Under the pieces are notes generated by a model. It was not told where the DNA came from. It made no database searches and was given only the letters and a program-made list of their open reading frames with translations. From a virus (taxonomy: Duplodnaviria; Caudoviricetes), in the IMG/VR virus record IMGVR_UViG_3300044259_000241, positions 1 to 45,480 of that record: DNA of 45,480 bases; one strand, given 5' to 3'. The translations under genes and the position numbers were made by a program. Below are positions 44,261 to 45,480 of the stretch, in pieces; within the stretch, counting starts at the first letter, position 1; every line of letters begins with the position of its first letter.

Positions 44261-45480
44261 TGGCAGGCTTTCCAACCGGCGTTGAAATTCACAACGGTAA
44301 ATTGAGGATATCGTTCAAATTCAAGAATATTCGCTGCCGGGAAGTTTTACAGGGGTGGGCGGTTAATAATTCCAACATCAAGAAAGCTGGAAATCTTAGA
44401 GCATTAATATGCGCTGAAATTCAGCTGGGAACATTCAAATACGAAGAACGCTTTCCTGAGAGTAAAGCACTCAAGAAGTTTTCGACGCCCAGTAAAAGTG
44501 TCCTAACCTTTCAGGAACTGTGCGATGCATATCATGCAGTGAAAGAGGTGGAAATTAGCCCGGCGACAATGATGATTACGCGATCTGTCAGTACTCTATT
44601 CACGAAGATTATCGGAGGGGACACTTCTCTTGAGGAAATACAGCTGAACGATATGTTGTTATACCGAAAGAAATTGCTTGAAGGGGAATTTAAGGCAAGG
44701 GGTGATGGACAACGTACAGTCAGGACTGTTAACGCATTTATGGGGCAATTATGCCGGATGCTCAGCTTCGCACACCAGAGCAACTACATCCAGCACAAGC
44801 CTTTCGAGAATATTAAAAGTCTGAAGACATCTGAACTGGATCCGGATCCATTGCTGAAAGAAGAATTTCAGGAATTATCAAAGCACTGGGAAGGTCAGCA
44901 TTTAAACCTCTGGACGTTTGCCGTCTATTCCGGTTTACGCCATGGCGAATTGGCAGGTATAGCCTGGGAGGATGTCGATTTAACGACTGGTGAGGTTCAC
45001 GTTAAGCGTACCATGACGCTCACGAAGAAATTTGGTCCGCCAAAGACAAAGGCGGGGATCAGGACGGTGAAGTTGCTAAATCCAGCGCTTGAAGCGTTAA
45101 CAAGGCAATACGAGCTTACAGGTAACAAGGAACCCACAGAGATCGACTTTTACCACCGAGAGCGAGGAAAGGTTGAAAAGCAAAGCCTCAGATTCTGCTT
45201 TGTTCCTAACTATGAAGAAGGGAATGTGAGCAGACATTATTCTCAGAGCACGATTAATCAGACATGGCCAGGGGCTATGCGAAAGTCAGGAGTAAGGTAT
45301 AGAACTCCCTATCACACACGCCATACTTATGCCTGCTGGTTGCTATCGGCTGGAGCAAACCCATCGTTCATTGCAAGTCAGCTGGGGCATAAAAATGCGC
45401 GTATGGTTTACACCGTATATTCAAAATGGATCGTAAAGATGAACGATGACCAAATAGGCATGTTAAACGAGAAAATTTAG
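44260..45480 (+). CDS. int: Tyrosine integrase
   Basis: SGLRHGEL, KT, YHTRHT, LGH...VY catalytic residues; N-terminal arm-binding domain. Confidence 0.95.
   Translation: MAGFPTGVEIHNGKLRISFKFKNIRCREVLQGWAVNNSNIKKAGNLRALICAEIQLGTFKYEERFPESKALKKFSTPSKSVLTFQELCDAYHAVKEVEISPATMMITRSVSTLFTKIIGGDTSLEEIQLNDMLLYRKKLLEGEFKARGDGQRTVRTVNAFMGQLCRMLSFAHQSNYIQHKPFENIKSLKTSELDPDPLLKEEFQELSKHWEGQHLNLWTFAVYSGLRHGELAGIAWEDVDLTTGEVHVKRTMTLTKKFGPPKTKAGIRTVKLLNPALEALTRQYELTGNKEPTEIDFYHRERGKVEKQSLRFCFVPNYEEGNVSRHYSQSTINQTWPGAMRKSGVRYRTPYHTRHTYACWLLSAGANPSFIASQLGHKNARMVYTVYSKWIVKMNDDQIGMLNEKI

Larger units (their letters stand above)
171..45480. mobile_element. Lambdoid siphovirus-like prophage (exact att boundaries not determined)
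   Basis: Ordered int-xis, recombination, immunity, replication, nin, Q, lysis, head and tail modules. Confidence 0.97.

Noticed and set aside
1-45480. CRISPR array, reverse transcriptase/DGR, IS element or invertase
   Set aside because: I saw no repeat-spacer array, RT motifs, transposase or invertase; the repeats found are iterons, operators or coding duplications

Overview
The window is almost entirely one apparently intact lambdoid (siphovirus-type) prophage of an enterobacterium. The left end carries att-like arm repeats and an accessory module: a YedK/SRAP gene and a LexA-box-controlled two-gene operon that includes a degenerate UmuD-like gene. The minus strand then carries, in transcription order from right to left, cro, cII-like, O/ori, P, accessory genes, the nin region, Q, lysis, terminase, head and tail genes, and a tail spike ending in an alpha/beta-hydrolase-like domain. 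The plus strand carries cI, an exported protein and the pL operon: ExoX-like, Sak4-like and SSB-like recombination genes, three tandem methyltransferases, TraR, xis and int. The least explained features are non-coding. One is a ~870-nt pL leader with no N gene, built of stacked RNA domains, including a CCA-ending tRNA-like element with two T-loops. The other is a ~300-400-nt, heavily base-paired segment without a credible ORF and with its own terminator, upstream of ninB/ybcN. All family assignments come from motif recognition and synteny, and RNA pairings were found by eye; no searches or folding programs were run.
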